56,125 nucleotides of DNA from Candidatus Magasanikiibacteriota bacterium (GTDB lineage: Bacteria > Patescibacteriota > Patescibacteriia > Magasanikbacterales > JACTTX01): contig JACTTX010000009.1 of assembly GCA_015661005.1 (NCBI GenBank), forward strand, positions 1 through 56,125, read 5' to 3'. The position numbers and the translations under genes were made by a program. Positions 38,737-47,668 of the stretch are shown piece after piece (position 1 is the stretch's first letter; every line of letters starts with the position of its first letter). The notes beneath the pieces are model-generated. The model was given only the letters and a program-made list of their open reading frames with translations, was not told the DNA's origin and searched no databases.

Positions 38737-39132
38737 CTACGTCTTCTCGGCCGATGATTTTTTGCCGGAGCCCATGGTCTTCCGGGTATTATGCCGCACC
38801 GTCCGACAATTGGTTTTAGTGCGCTGTCCGCGCGTTGGCAATTCTTTAATGTGCCTGATGCCGCGATAGCACTTAATCTCTTTCAAACGCTTGATGTTGC
38901 TCAAAACCTCGCGCCGTAAATCGCCTTCAACACGAAAATTCTTTTCAACGTAATCGCGCAAATGATCAACGTCTTCCTGGGATAAATCTTTGGTGCGGGC
39001 ATCCGGGCTGATTTTCAAAACCGCCAAAATTTTTTGGCTCTGGGTGCGGCCAATACCGTAAATATACGGCAGAGCCGCTTCAATTCTTTTGTTAGCCGGT
39101 AAAACTATTCCCGCGATTCTGGCTGTGGCCAT
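38737..39132 (-). CDS. rpsM: 30S ribosomal protein S13
   Basis: [27 protein letters not shown]. Confidence 0.96.
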   Translation of the reverse strand: MATARIAGIVLPANKRIEAALPYIYGIGRTQSQKILAVLKISPDARTKDLSQEDVDHLRDYVEKNFRVEGDLRREVLSNIKRLKEIKCYRGIRHIKELPTRGQRTKTNCRTVRHNTRKTMGSGKKSSAEKT

Positions 39133-39133
39133 A

Positions 39134-39247
39134 TCAACCTTGTCTTTGTTTATGTTTGGGGACCCTACAAATACAAACAACGCGTCCATGACGGCGCAAA
39201 ACTTTGCAATCCTTACAGATGGCTTTGACGGACGCTCTAACTTTCAT
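39134..39247 (-). CDS. rpmJ: 50S ribosomal protein L36 (below the ORF-track length cutoff)
   Basis: Translated by hand: [37 protein letters not shown]. Confidence 0.96.
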   Translation of the reverse strand: MKVRASVKAICKDCKVLRRHGRVVCICRVPKHKQRQG

Positions 39248-39298
39248 AAAACAAAACGCACAGGCCAACCTTACTGTGGCTCGGCCTGAACGTCACGA

Positions 39299-39535
39299 TT
39301 AGTAACGATAGACAATGCGACCTCTCGTGAGATCGTAAGGAGTGATGGCGACTTTAACTTCATCCCCGGGCAACAAGCGGATGCGATGCAAACGCATCTT
39401 TCCGGCCAAGTATCCGCGAATGCTGTGACCATTCTCAAGACGAATTTTGAAAGTTGCCGCCGGCAAAAGTTCCTCAACCACGCCTTTCATTTCCACGACG
39501 TCTTTTGAGGATCCTACTGGCTGGGGTTCTCCCAT
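39299..39535 (-). CDS. infA: translation initiation factor IF-1
   Basis: [35 protein letters not shown]. Confidence 0.95.
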   Translation of the reverse strand: MGEPQPVGSSKDVVEMKGVVEELLPAATFKIRLENGHSIRGYLAGKMRLHRIRLLPGDEVKVAITPYDLTRGRIVYRY

Positions 39536-39554
39536 AGTTCTAATTTCTTGGCTT

Positions 39555-39583
39555 AGTATAAAGGAAGGCCAATTAACTGTCAA
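39555..39583 (-). promoter_or_regulatory. sigma70 promoter of the infA-rpoA cluster
   Basis: TTGACA-17-TATACT. Confidence 0.75.
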
Positions 39584-39653
39584 GTGGTTCAGCGGATTTG
39601 TTAAAGAGTGTCAAGTTGCTGTGTTAAGCGAAAAATTCTGGGGGTGTGGATGA

Positions 39654-41327
39654 TTACTCGGTGTATCTTCCGCCCGGCGGATCAGTCAGATGCAGAAACT
39701 CTCCCCCATCAAAGAGAAAATACTGAATCTCCTTATCACGATTTGTCCGCCAAAAATTTTTAGTCATTTGGATTTCATAACGCCGCGCCCGAGCGCCAAC
39801 CAGATCCGTCAATTTCAAAATATAATCTTCGCTCTCCAAAAATTCCGGACCGCGGAACGGGTAGCCCTGATTGGCCGTAAAAATAAAACCGGATGACGCT
39901 TGCGTAAACGTAAAATTTTTAACACGATCCTGATCAGCGGTCAGAGCGATATTCACGGGCACGAAAATTGTGTCGGCCTGATCATCATCATATAAAAATT
40001 GTGTCGCCAACTTAAAAAATGGATGGGACAGCAGATGCGCGCCGTTATAATTATCCGGAAGCCACAAAAAAATTTCTCCGTGCGGCTTAGTAGATTTTTG
40101 CTCGGCGTAACTCACGAGCATTTTCTGGACACTGATACCGGCGCGGGCGTGCCAGCGCGCCTTGCGCAGAAGCAAGAAGCTGTTGCCGACAATAAAAATA
40201 ATTATTAAAACCATGAGCGCTAGGCGCATTTTTTTTCCGGCGCTCGACCACCAATTAATGACGGCTGTTGCGAGCCAGAGCACGAACCAAACTGACGGAT
40301 AATACAAATATCTTTCACCGCCGTCGTCAACGGCGCCGCGGAAAGTGTTGATTGTAAAAAAGGCGGCGGCCGGAGCGGCGGAGATTATTGTGAGAAGCAT
40401 GAGCCAGCCCGCATCCTGACGGCGGCGGAGCAACATGATGAGCCAAACTAAAATTACAACGGCCAGCGCCACGGCCAACCAGAGATGATCAAGAAAAAAA
40501 AGTGTTGTGGCGGTGCGCCAGCGGCCGCCGACAAAAAACATCGGCAGAGCGGCAAACAAAAAATTCCAGCCCTTAAGAGCGAGTGATGTTATTGTTAGTG
40601 GCTCGTGCAAATAATTAGCGGCAAAAAATCCGGTGGCGTAGGCGCGCACGAAGAAAAAACCAATGACCAAGGCGACGGCGCCACTGATTATGAGCCACAC
40701 GCGGCGCTCACGCAGTGATTCTTTTTTCTGCCAAGCGGCGAGAATTAAAAAAATTAGCGGAGCGGTGATGGCGAACTCCTTGCTCATCAAAGCCAGCGCG
40801 GTAAAAAATAAAGTCAACAGACCGGCCCGAACGCGTCCGGTTTTTAGAAAAGCAAGAAAACTTATTGCCGCCGCCAATAAAAACGCGGTGGCTAAGAGAT
40901 CGGCGCGACTGCCAATCCATAAAACCGGCTCGGCGTGAAAATGCGCCGTGCTAAAAAAAATAACGGCGAGCAAGGTTATACCGACCTGATGGGATTTGAA
41001 TAAACGCCATGAGAGGAGTCCGACTAAAAAGACGACGAGGAGATGCAGGAAGAGTGAAGTCAAATGAAAGGACAAGGGGCTTGGACCAAAAAACGCCAAG
41101 TCCGCAATTATTGAAAGAGTCATGAGCGGGCGGTAAGAGCCACCGTCACGGTTACCGGCATGATTGGTAATCAAGAGGTGCGGAATTGATGAGGGATTGG
41201 CCAACGCGCTTTTGGCCGTGCTTAAAAATTCAAAGTCATCGGCCACAAAAAAGGCGCGCTGGGCCGGGACAAAAAGTGCGGCCGAAAGAACGGCAATGGC
41301 GGCAACGTAGAAAAAAATGCCTCTCAT
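39654..41327 (-). CDS. GT-C fold membrane glycosyltransferase (TMTC/PMT-like)
   Basis: ADDF first-loop acidic pair, YRPL, HAEPV.WI..R, SKE, ERYLY; many TM segments. Confidence 0.75.
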   Translation of the reverse strand: MRGIFFYVAAIAVLSAALFVPAQRAFFVADDFEFLSTAKSALANPSSIPHLLITNHAGNRDGGSYRPLMTLSIIADLAFFGPSPLSFHLTSLFLHLLVVFLVGLLSWRLFKSHQVGITLLAVIFFSTAHFHAEPVLWIGSRADLLATAFLLAAAISFLAFLKTGRVRAGLLTLFFTALALMSKEFAITAPLIFLILAAWQKKESLRERRVWLIISGAVALVIGFFFVRAYATGFFAANYLHEPLTITSLALKGWNFLFAALPMFFVGGRWRTATTLFFLDHLWLAVALAVVILVWLIMLLRRRQDAGWLMLLTIISAAPAAAFFTINTFRGAVDDGGERYLYYPSVWFVLWLATAVINWWSSAGKKMRLALMVLIIIFIVGNSFLLLRKARWHARAGISVQKMLVSYAEQKSTKPHGEIFLWLPDNYNGAHLLSHPFFKLATQFLYDDDQADTIFVPVNIALTADQDRVKNFTFTQASSGFIFTANQGYPFRGPEFLESEDYILKLTDLVGARARRYEIQMTKNFWRTNRDKEIQYFLFDGGEFLHLTDPPGGRYTE

Positions 41328-42019
41328 AATTGATAACGGCGGCGGATTTTAATCAGATCTTTGGCCATTTGCACACCATCGGTGATCACCCGGACAGTTG
41401 AATATCGCGATGGACGGACTTGCGCCACGGGAAACGCGCTGATTTTGAAACCGTAACGGCGCGCCGCGGCCAAAATTTCCACGTCAAAAGCAAAACCGTC
41501 AGTCGCGAGTTCCCTAAAAATCTGCCGGGCCGCGTCCACCCGAAATATTTTTATTCCGCATTGCGTGTCCGTAATTTCTCCGGTCAGTCCGTCAATGCAG
41601 ACGCGCCAAAAAAAACTTGTGAGTTGCCGCAGTGGACCGTTGGATGCAACCGCGTACGCGCCTGCATGCGCACGCGAACCGACAATGATGTCCACGGCGC
41701 CGCCTTGGAGAATATTTTGCATTTCCTTGAGCGGCTCCAGCCCATACGGCAAATCAGCGTCCGTGAAAGCAATGTATTCTCCGCCAGCCGTCAACACACC
41801 GGCTTTAACGGCCGCGCCTTTGCCGCGGTTCTCGGCAAAATTAATCACGCGCAGATCTAAAAAATCGTCCCGGCCGGACAAAATTTCTCCGGTGGCGTCA
41901 TCGCTTCCGTCATTCACAACAATTATTTCCGCGTCGCCGCCAAAAAAATCATTGATCCGGGAAATTGTGTCGGTAATCACCGCCGCCGCGTTGTATGCCG
42001 GAATAATAATGGAAAGCAT
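41324..42019 (-). CDS. polyprenol-phosphate glycosyltransferase (GT2, DPM1/ALG5-like)
   Basis: NDGSDD, NRGKGAAV, FTDAD, DTQCGIK, FAFDVE. Confidence 0.9.
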   Translation of the reverse strand: MLSIIIPAYNAAAVITDTISRINDFFGGDAEIIVVNDGSDDATGEILSGRDDFLDLRVINFAENRGKGAAVKAGVLTAGGEYIAFTDADLPYGLEPLKEMQNILQGGAVDIIVGSRAHAGAYAVASNGPLRQLTSFFWRVCIDGLTGEITDTQCGIKIFRVDAARQIFRELATDGFAFDVEILAAARRYGFKISAFPVAQVRPSRYSTVRVITDGVQMAKDLIKIRRRYQL

Positions 42020-42021
42020 AC

Positions 42022-42438
42022 TTATCGTTCACTTTTGAAAACCCAGAACCGATAAAGCAAAAACGTCCAGCTGACGACAATTCCAACGGCCAAAACTTTT
42101 GCCACCAGGTGCGGCAGATGAATCAGCTCCACGGCCAAAACCAAAAAAGCAATTTGAAATAAATTATTCCAGCCGACTAAAATTAGATAACGGATGAATT
42201 CAGCGCGTCCCTGTCCGCGGCTTTCAAAAGACCAATGCTTATTCAAAAGAAAATTATAAGTGATGGCGCAGGTCTGGGAGATAATCGTGGCCAAAATGTA
42301 CCAGACGCCCAGCCGTCGCACGGTTTCAAAAATTCCGGCGTCAATGATAAAAGAAGTCAAACCGGTGATGATATAGCGGCGCAACTGCCGCCGGTTGGCC
42401 ACGCACCAGTCCAAACAAACACGGATAGTTTTTCTCAT
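42022..42438 (-). CDS. GtrA family lipid-sugar flippase
   Basis: RYIITG, NFLLNKHWSF, RFWVF; 4 TM segments; start at MRKT. Confidence 0.85.
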   Translation of the reverse strand: MRKTIRVCLDWCVANRRQLRRYIITGLTSFIIDAGIFETVRRLGVWYILATIISQTCAITYNFLLNKHWSFESRGQGRAEFIRYLILVGWNNLFQIAFLVLAVELIHLPHLVAKVLAVGIVVSWTFLLYRFWVFKSER

Positions 42439-42461
42439 AAGCAGCCGCGGGGGCCGGGAAA

Positions 42462-42893
42462 CTACTTCTGCCGGAAAAGCGCCCGCTCGCTCCACAAATA
42501 CAGCCCGAAAATAATCACGAGCACAATCAAAATTCCGTTCACCAAATAAGCGCCGGAAACAATCGCGGCGTAAATTGAATACGCGACAACCGCGAGCAAA
42601 AGCAACTCGTAGATGAGCATGGCCCAGAATTTCAAACGCCACATTTCAATGCCGACCCCGGCCAAAACAACGCCAATCAAACCGTAAAAAAGTGCCACCG
42701 GCGGTGATAATTTAAAAATAACAGCGGCAATGTAAAAGGCATACGTGGCGGCGGCAACGCCAAAAATTGATAGGGCCATTATCAACCACGTTGGTTTTTG
42801 TTTGGGGCCGATCGGCGCGACCGGCGACGGTGCTGGCGGCATAGCCGACGACGATTGCATTTCTGACGTTGGTTGTTGATTTTGATTTTCCAT
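42462..42893 (-). CDS. hypothetical membrane protein
   Basis: Q/P-rich N-terminus followed by 4 TM segments. Confidence 0.75.
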   Translation of the reverse strand: MENQNQQPTSEMQSSSAMPPAPSPVAPIGPKQKPTWLIMALSIFGVAAATYAFYIAAVIFKLSPPVALFYGLIGVVLAGVGIEMWRLKFWAMLIYELLLLAVVAYSIYAAIVSGAYLVNGILIVLVIIFGLYLWSERALFRQK

Positions 42894-42914
42894 AGAGTTT
42901 TGGTGAAGATTGGA

Positions 42915-43039
42915 GAATAGTGAAAGCCAATAGCATTCTTGACTGGCGTTGGACAGTAACCTGCAAATGTCGTGTCTTCAATCAAGAACGCCATTTGCAG
43001 GTTACTGTCCAACACTCTGCCATTGGTCATTCACTATTC
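42915..43039. repeat. nested family-A palindromic element
   Basis: Inner arms 42948-42973/42988-43013 (GTTGGACAGTAACCTGCAAATG); outer GAATAGTGAA/TTCACTATTC. Confidence 0.92.
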
Positions 43040-43045
43040 CACAAA

Positions 43046-45058
43046 TTAAATTAATTCCGCTTTAATTCTCCTGACGCCATTGCTCACCGCTTCCTCTTTC
43101 AAAATCCGAAAGGTCCCCAACTCACCGGTATGTGCCACGTGCGGCCCGCCGCAAATTTCTTTGGAAAAATAGCCGCGTTCGGCATCCCCAACCATGTACA
43201 CCTTTATTGTATCACCAATTTGACTGTACTTATCCTCAAAGAGCCCAATCGCGCCTTCTGTCTTGGCTTCCGCCACGGAAAGCATTTCAAAATGCACCGG
43301 TAAATCTTTTTTAATCTGCTCGTTCACGATATCCTCCACGGCCTTAATTTCTTCCATGGTCATCTTGGCCGGATGTGAAAAATCAAAGCGCAGGCGCTCG
43401 CGAGTGATATTGCTCCCCTTCTGAAAAACATGCGACCCAAGAATATTACGCAAGGCCTGATGAAGCAAATGGGTGGCGGTATGCAAGCGAGTTGATTCCA
43501 CGGAGTGATCAGCCAAACCGCCGGCGAATTTTTGTCCCAGACCGGCGCGGGAAATTTCCTGGTGCTTGCCAAATTCCGCTTTAAACACGATTTCATCAAA
43601 CGTCAAAGGTAGCCGCACCGTTCCCGAATGCTGTGCAGGATGTTCAATTTCGTCTAGAACTTCTGTGACGAGTTCAATCGGGAAACCGTCGGAAGTGTAC
43701 AAATCAAACAAAAATTTTCCGGAGATGCGAAAGTTATGAAGGAAGTGGTCAAGATGTTTTTTAATCTGGCTGGCGTCGCGCAAATCCAAAATGGCTTTAA
43801 GTTCATCATTGGAATTGAGCCACGGCGCTTTGGTGATGTTCTGCACAAAGGCCCGTGTTTCTCCGTCGTCAAATTTTCCGTCGGAAAATTGCGAAAGCAC
43901 ATTTTCCAAACCGTGCATTTCCCGAACCATCACTTCCAATTTTTTCAAACCGCGGGAGAGAGTGGTGCTGAATTTTTCTTCTTCCCGTTTTAATTCCTCA
44001 AAAATCCGGCCTTGATTTTTTTGGAGCTCCGGATAGACGTTCCCATATTCCGTGATCACTACTTCCGCCAATTTCACCAAAAACGATTCTTTAACGCCAA
44101 GCAAATATCCAAAACGCACGGCGCGGCGGATTAAACGCCGCAAAATATATCCTTGCCCAACATTTGACGGTGTCACGAATCGTTCATCCCCCAGAATAAA
44201 AACAGCGGAACGAACGTGATCGGCAATGACGCGCATAGCGCGTGTGGTTTCCGCGTTTTCCGTGTAGTTCCGGCCGCTGATTTCTTCAATTTTTTGGACA
44301 AGCGGCCGAAAAAGGGTGGTTTCATAGGGCGTACCGACCCCTTCCATAATAGCGGCCACCCGTTCCAACCCCATACCGGTATCAACGTTTTTTTGCTGGA
44401 GCGGTTCATAAACGCCGGGGGCGGTGGCCTTATACTCCATGAAAACATTATTCCAAATTTCCACCCAACGTTCGTCCGCCGGATCAAATTTTTCCGGCGG
44501 CGCTCCCGTGCTCACCCAATAAAAAATTTCCGTGTCCGGTCCTTGCGGCCCAAGCAATTTTCCGCCGGCCGGCCACCAATTATCTTCTTTCCCAAGATAG
44601 GCAATCCTTTCTTCCGGCACGCCCAAATTTTTCCAGCTGTCCGCTGATTCGGCATCGCGAGGCGCATCATTGTCTCCGGCAAAACAAGCGATGGCGATTT
44701 TTTTTTGGTCAAGATTCAACCATTGAGGCGATGTCAAAAATTCATAGCTCCAAGCGATGGCTTCTTTTTTAAAATAATCGCCTAAGGACCAGTTGCCGAG
44801 CATTTCAAAAAAAGTCAGATGACGGTTGTCCCCAACTTCCTCAATGTCTCCGGTGCGCAAGCATTTTTGCACATCCGCCAAACGCGTTCCGCCTGGATGT
44901 TTTTCACCAAGCAAATACGGCACGAGCGGATGCATGCCGGCCGTGGTAAAAAGCACAGTCGGATCATTTTCCGGAATTAAAGAAGCCGAAGGGATGATGG
45001 CGTGTCCCTTGTCTCTAAAAAAATCCAAAAATTTTTGCCGGATTTCCGCGGCAGTCAT
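43046..45058 (-). CDS. alaS: alanine--tRNA ligase (short form without C-Ala)
   Basis: LFTTAGM, HLTFFEMLGN, DTGMGLER, HTATHLL, EICGGPHV, GVRRIKA at the end. Confidence 0.96.
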   Translation of the reverse strand: MTAAEIRQKFLDFFRDKGHAIIPSASLIPENDPTVLFTTAGMHPLVPYLLGEKHPGGTRLADVQKCLRTGDIEEVGDNRHLTFFEMLGNWSLGDYFKKEAIAWSYEFLTSPQWLNLDQKKIAIACFAGDNDAPRDAESADSWKNLGVPEERIAYLGKEDNWWPAGGKLLGPQGPDTEIFYWVSTGAPPEKFDPADERWVEIWNNVFMEYKATAPGVYEPLQQKNVDTGMGLERVAAIMEGVGTPYETTLFRPLVQKIEEISGRNYTENAETTRAMRVIADHVRSAVFILGDERFVTPSNVGQGYILRRLIRRAVRFGYLLGVKESFLVKLAEVVITEYGNVYPELQKNQGRIFEELKREEEKFSTTLSRGLKKLEVMVREMHGLENVLSQFSDGKFDDGETRAFVQNITKAPWLNSNDELKAILDLRDASQIKKHLDHFLHNFRISGKFLFDLYTSDGFPIELVTEVLDEIEHPAQHSGTVRLPLTFDEIVFKAEFGKHQEISRAGLGQKFAGGLADHSVESTRLHTATHLLHQALRNILGSHVFQKGSNITRERLRFDFSHPAKMTMEEIKAVEDIVNEQIKKDLPVHFEMLSVAEAKTEGAIGLFEDKYSQIGDTIKVYMVGDAERGYFSKEICGGPHVAHTGELGTFRILKEEAVSNGVRRIKAELI

Positions 45059-45065
45059 GGGATAT

Positions 45066-46267
45066 TTACTTTTCCTGAAGTCGAGAATTGATACTCATCA
45101 CTCTTTTTACTTCATTATCCGTCAAACGAGTGTTCCACTCTATATCTTTATCATTTTGTGTAGCCACCAAGCGATCCACGTCTATTTTTGATTCACGTGT
45201 CAAATAAGCTGCTACGATCTTTTTTTCCATTTCTCTGAATGCGGCTTTTGCCGCTGGATCTAAACGATTACTTATCCCATCAAGAACCGTATCCAGATTT
45301 TGGAGACGAACCGCATCCGCCATCTGCTGCTTGTCCTCGGGATTTCTTTTTTTTACTCGCAATTCTGCGAGCTTATTGATCATTGTAACAAGCATCTCCG
45401 CCTCCTTCCCGGAATATTTTGTCTCATCTTCTGTTGGCTCAAACCCAAACTTTTCCATTCTTTTTTCCGTCCCTTTTAAGTCAATACCTTTTGCTCGCAT
45501 AGCGCAGAGCTCAATCAGATGATCACCGTTTGCAAACGGCTTCTTCGCAAAAACGGACGACAAATAATTATCCACTTTTTTATCACCGTCTTTCAACTTT
45601 GCGCCCACTTCCGCAAATTGTAATGCCCGCGCGAGCGCTCTTTCACGAATGTCTTGAGAATCTGAATACTTGCTTCGGGCTCTAATAGCCGATCATGCGA
45701 TGTTTCCCTGATAATAAATTCTGCCCGTGCTTTGAAATCTTTTTGATCAGCCACTTCTTCGGCATTCAGACGTCTAACTGCGTCTTCAGGCGACTCGGCT
45801 GGTGCCTTTTCTTCTGTGGCAGACGCTTTCCCCTCCGGCGACGGCTCAACGGCTTTTTCTTCAACGGGCGACGTGGCGGTCTCAAGTAAAGCCATCTCTC
45901 CATCCACTCGGGCAAGCTCCTGCTTGGCTCTTACCAACTGCTCCTCGGCCTGCGCGGCTTCTACTTTGATTGATTCCAACATTGCGACAACATCTGGCGC
46001 GGCATTTTTGCCAAGGCCACTCACAAAGCTTTCCGTCTCGGCCACGGCGCTCCGAGCATCACCTGCCGCCTTCTCTACCGCCGATACTTCCACTGTGACG
46101 CGCTTGCGTTCAGCCGAAAATTCACCGCGCTGTGCTTCACGGCTTTGAGCGGCGGCTTTTGCTTCCGCTTCCGCTTCCGCTTTGGATTTTTCGATAGCTT
46201 CCTTTTGAGCGTTCTCATGTCCCGCTTCTTTGGCCTTCATCTCGGCGAGTTGTTCTGAAAATCCCAT
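45066..46267 (-). pseudogene. coiled-coil hypothetical protein, probably one gene with a frameshift near 45692
   Basis: The downstream frame stays open upstream of its GTG (SAIRARSKYSDSQDIRERALARALQFAEV) back to ETSHD of the upstream ORF. Confidence 0.55.
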
Positions 46268-46275
46268 ATAAAGTA

Positions 46276-46452
46276 TTATTTTAACCCAAGCTTCTTTCTT
46301 ATGGCGGCAACCTTAAGAGCATCACTTTGTTTACTTCCCAGCTTCATCACGGCCTTGGCCTTCATCTTAAGATCAGCAAAAACCTTGTTTAAATCGCGAA
46401 ATTCACGTTCAAGGTTGGCCAAATTAACTTTAAGCTGTTTTTTATTAGTCAT
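46276..46452 (-). CDS. small basic helical protein (58 aa, below the ORF-track cutoff)
   Basis: MTNKKQLKVNLANLEREFRDLNKVFADLKMKAKAVMKLGSKQSDALKVAAIRKKLGLK; fills the gap exactly; TATAAT upstream. Confidence 0.6.
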   Translation of the reverse strand: MTNKKQLKVNLANLEREFRDLNKVFADLKMKAKAVMKLGSKQSDALKVAAIRKKLGLK

Positions 46453-46472
46453 ACTCGGGCATTACGACGATA

Positions 46473-47579
46473 TTATACAATTACTCCGCCACCCAAGCAA
46501 ACATCATTGTCATACAAAACCGCAAACTGGCCGGAGGTGACGGCGCGCTGGGATTTTGAAAATTTCAAAATAAAATCCTCACCATCACGGTTCCAAGTTG
46601 ACGAAACGCCTTCATGACGATAGCGAATTTTTACTTCGCACATAGAAGGCCAGTCCTCAAGCGGCGACAAAAAATGCGGATTAGAGACGCGGCACGTTGT
46701 GCCCATCAAGGCCGGATGATCGGTACGATCGGCAACCAAGAGCGTGTTGGTTTTCAAATTTTTAGCAACAACAAAATACGGCGTGCCGCCACCACCGCCA
46801 AAACCGTGGCGTTGGCCGATGGTGAACTGTTCCAATCCCGAATGTTCGCCAACGTTACGAACCGGCAGCCCGTTTTCATCAATCAGCATGACGGGCCCCG
46901 GACGCATTTTGATTTTCTGCTTCAAAAAATCGCCCAGCGGCACTTCGCCGACAAAACAAATTCCCACACTGTCCTCTTTGTCCGCGTTCGGTAAATTAAA
47001 TTTTTTTGCGAGCGCGCGCACCTCCGGTTTCGTCATTTCGCCAACCGGAAATTTTAATCGCGATAAATATTCCGGATTAAGCTGGTGCAAAAAATAAGAT
47101 TGGTCTTTGTTCTTGTCAGCGCCTTTGAGCAAACGGGGACAGGTGCTCCGGGGACAGATCCCTTCGGGATCAGTCCCCGTTGAACCTGTCCCTAAACGTG
47201 CGTAATGGCCGGTGGCAACCCATTCCGCGCCCACCCGATCCGCTGACGCAAAAAGCGCGTCAAACTTCACATATTTATTGCACATCACGTCCGGGTTGGG
47301 CGTGCGTCCGGCGGCGTATTCGTGAAATAAATAATCAATGACCTCACGCTGAAAGCGCTCTTCATAATCAAGAGTGCGAAAAGTAATACCCAACTGCGCC
47401 GCCACCCGCAGAGCCATTCGCCGCTCATCGCGCCAAGCGCACTCCCCTTTTAAGTTTTTGCTCTCCGACCAATTTTTCAAAAAAACGGCGTGCACTTCAA
47501 AACCGGCCGCTTGCAAAAGGGCGGCCGAAACGGCGGAATCAACGCCGCCGGATAATCCAATGAAGACCTTTTTGTTCAT
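46473..47579 (-). CDS. mnmA: tRNA 2-thiouridylase
   Basis: SGGVDS, TPNPDVMCN, ATGHYA, KDQSYF, ICF, TIGQR, GQFAV. Confidence 0.96.
   Translation of the reverse strand: MNKKVFIGLSGGVDSAVSAALLQAAGFEVHAVFLKNWSESKNLKGECAWRDERRMALRVAAQLGITFRTLDYEERFQREVIDYLFHEYAAGRTPNPDVMCNKYVKFDALFASADRVGAEWVATGHYARLGTGSTGTDPEGICPRSTCPRLLKGADKNKDQSYFLHQLNPEYLSRLKFPVGEMTKPEVRALAKKFNLPNADKEDSVGICFVGEVPLGDFLKQKIKMRPGPVMLIDENGLPVRNVGEHSGLEQFTIGQRHGFGGGGGTPYFVVAKNLKTNTLLVADRTDHPALMGTTCRVSNPHFLSPLEDWPSMCEVKIRYRHEGVSSTWNRDGEDFILKFSKSQRAVTSGQFAVLYDNDVCLGGGVIV
47135..47193. repeat. family-B nested hairpin, in frame inside mnmA
   Basis: GGGACAGGT..CGGGGAC..GATCCCTTCGGGATC..GTCCCCG..ACCTGTCCC. Confidence 0.88.
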
Positions 47580-47668
47580 TTCCCGTTCGTGAATCTTAAT
47601 TTCATCAATAACGAATTTTTTATATCTTTTTTCAATCGTTCTGTCACTATTTTCGGTCGTTGGTCATT

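Noticed and set aside
6464-43039. Family-A palindromes as integron attC sites or CRISPR repeats
   Set aside because: The ends run GTTRRRY...RYYYAAC, the reverse of attC order. They flank core genes rather than cassettes, and there is no regular repeat-spacer period, integrase or cas gene.
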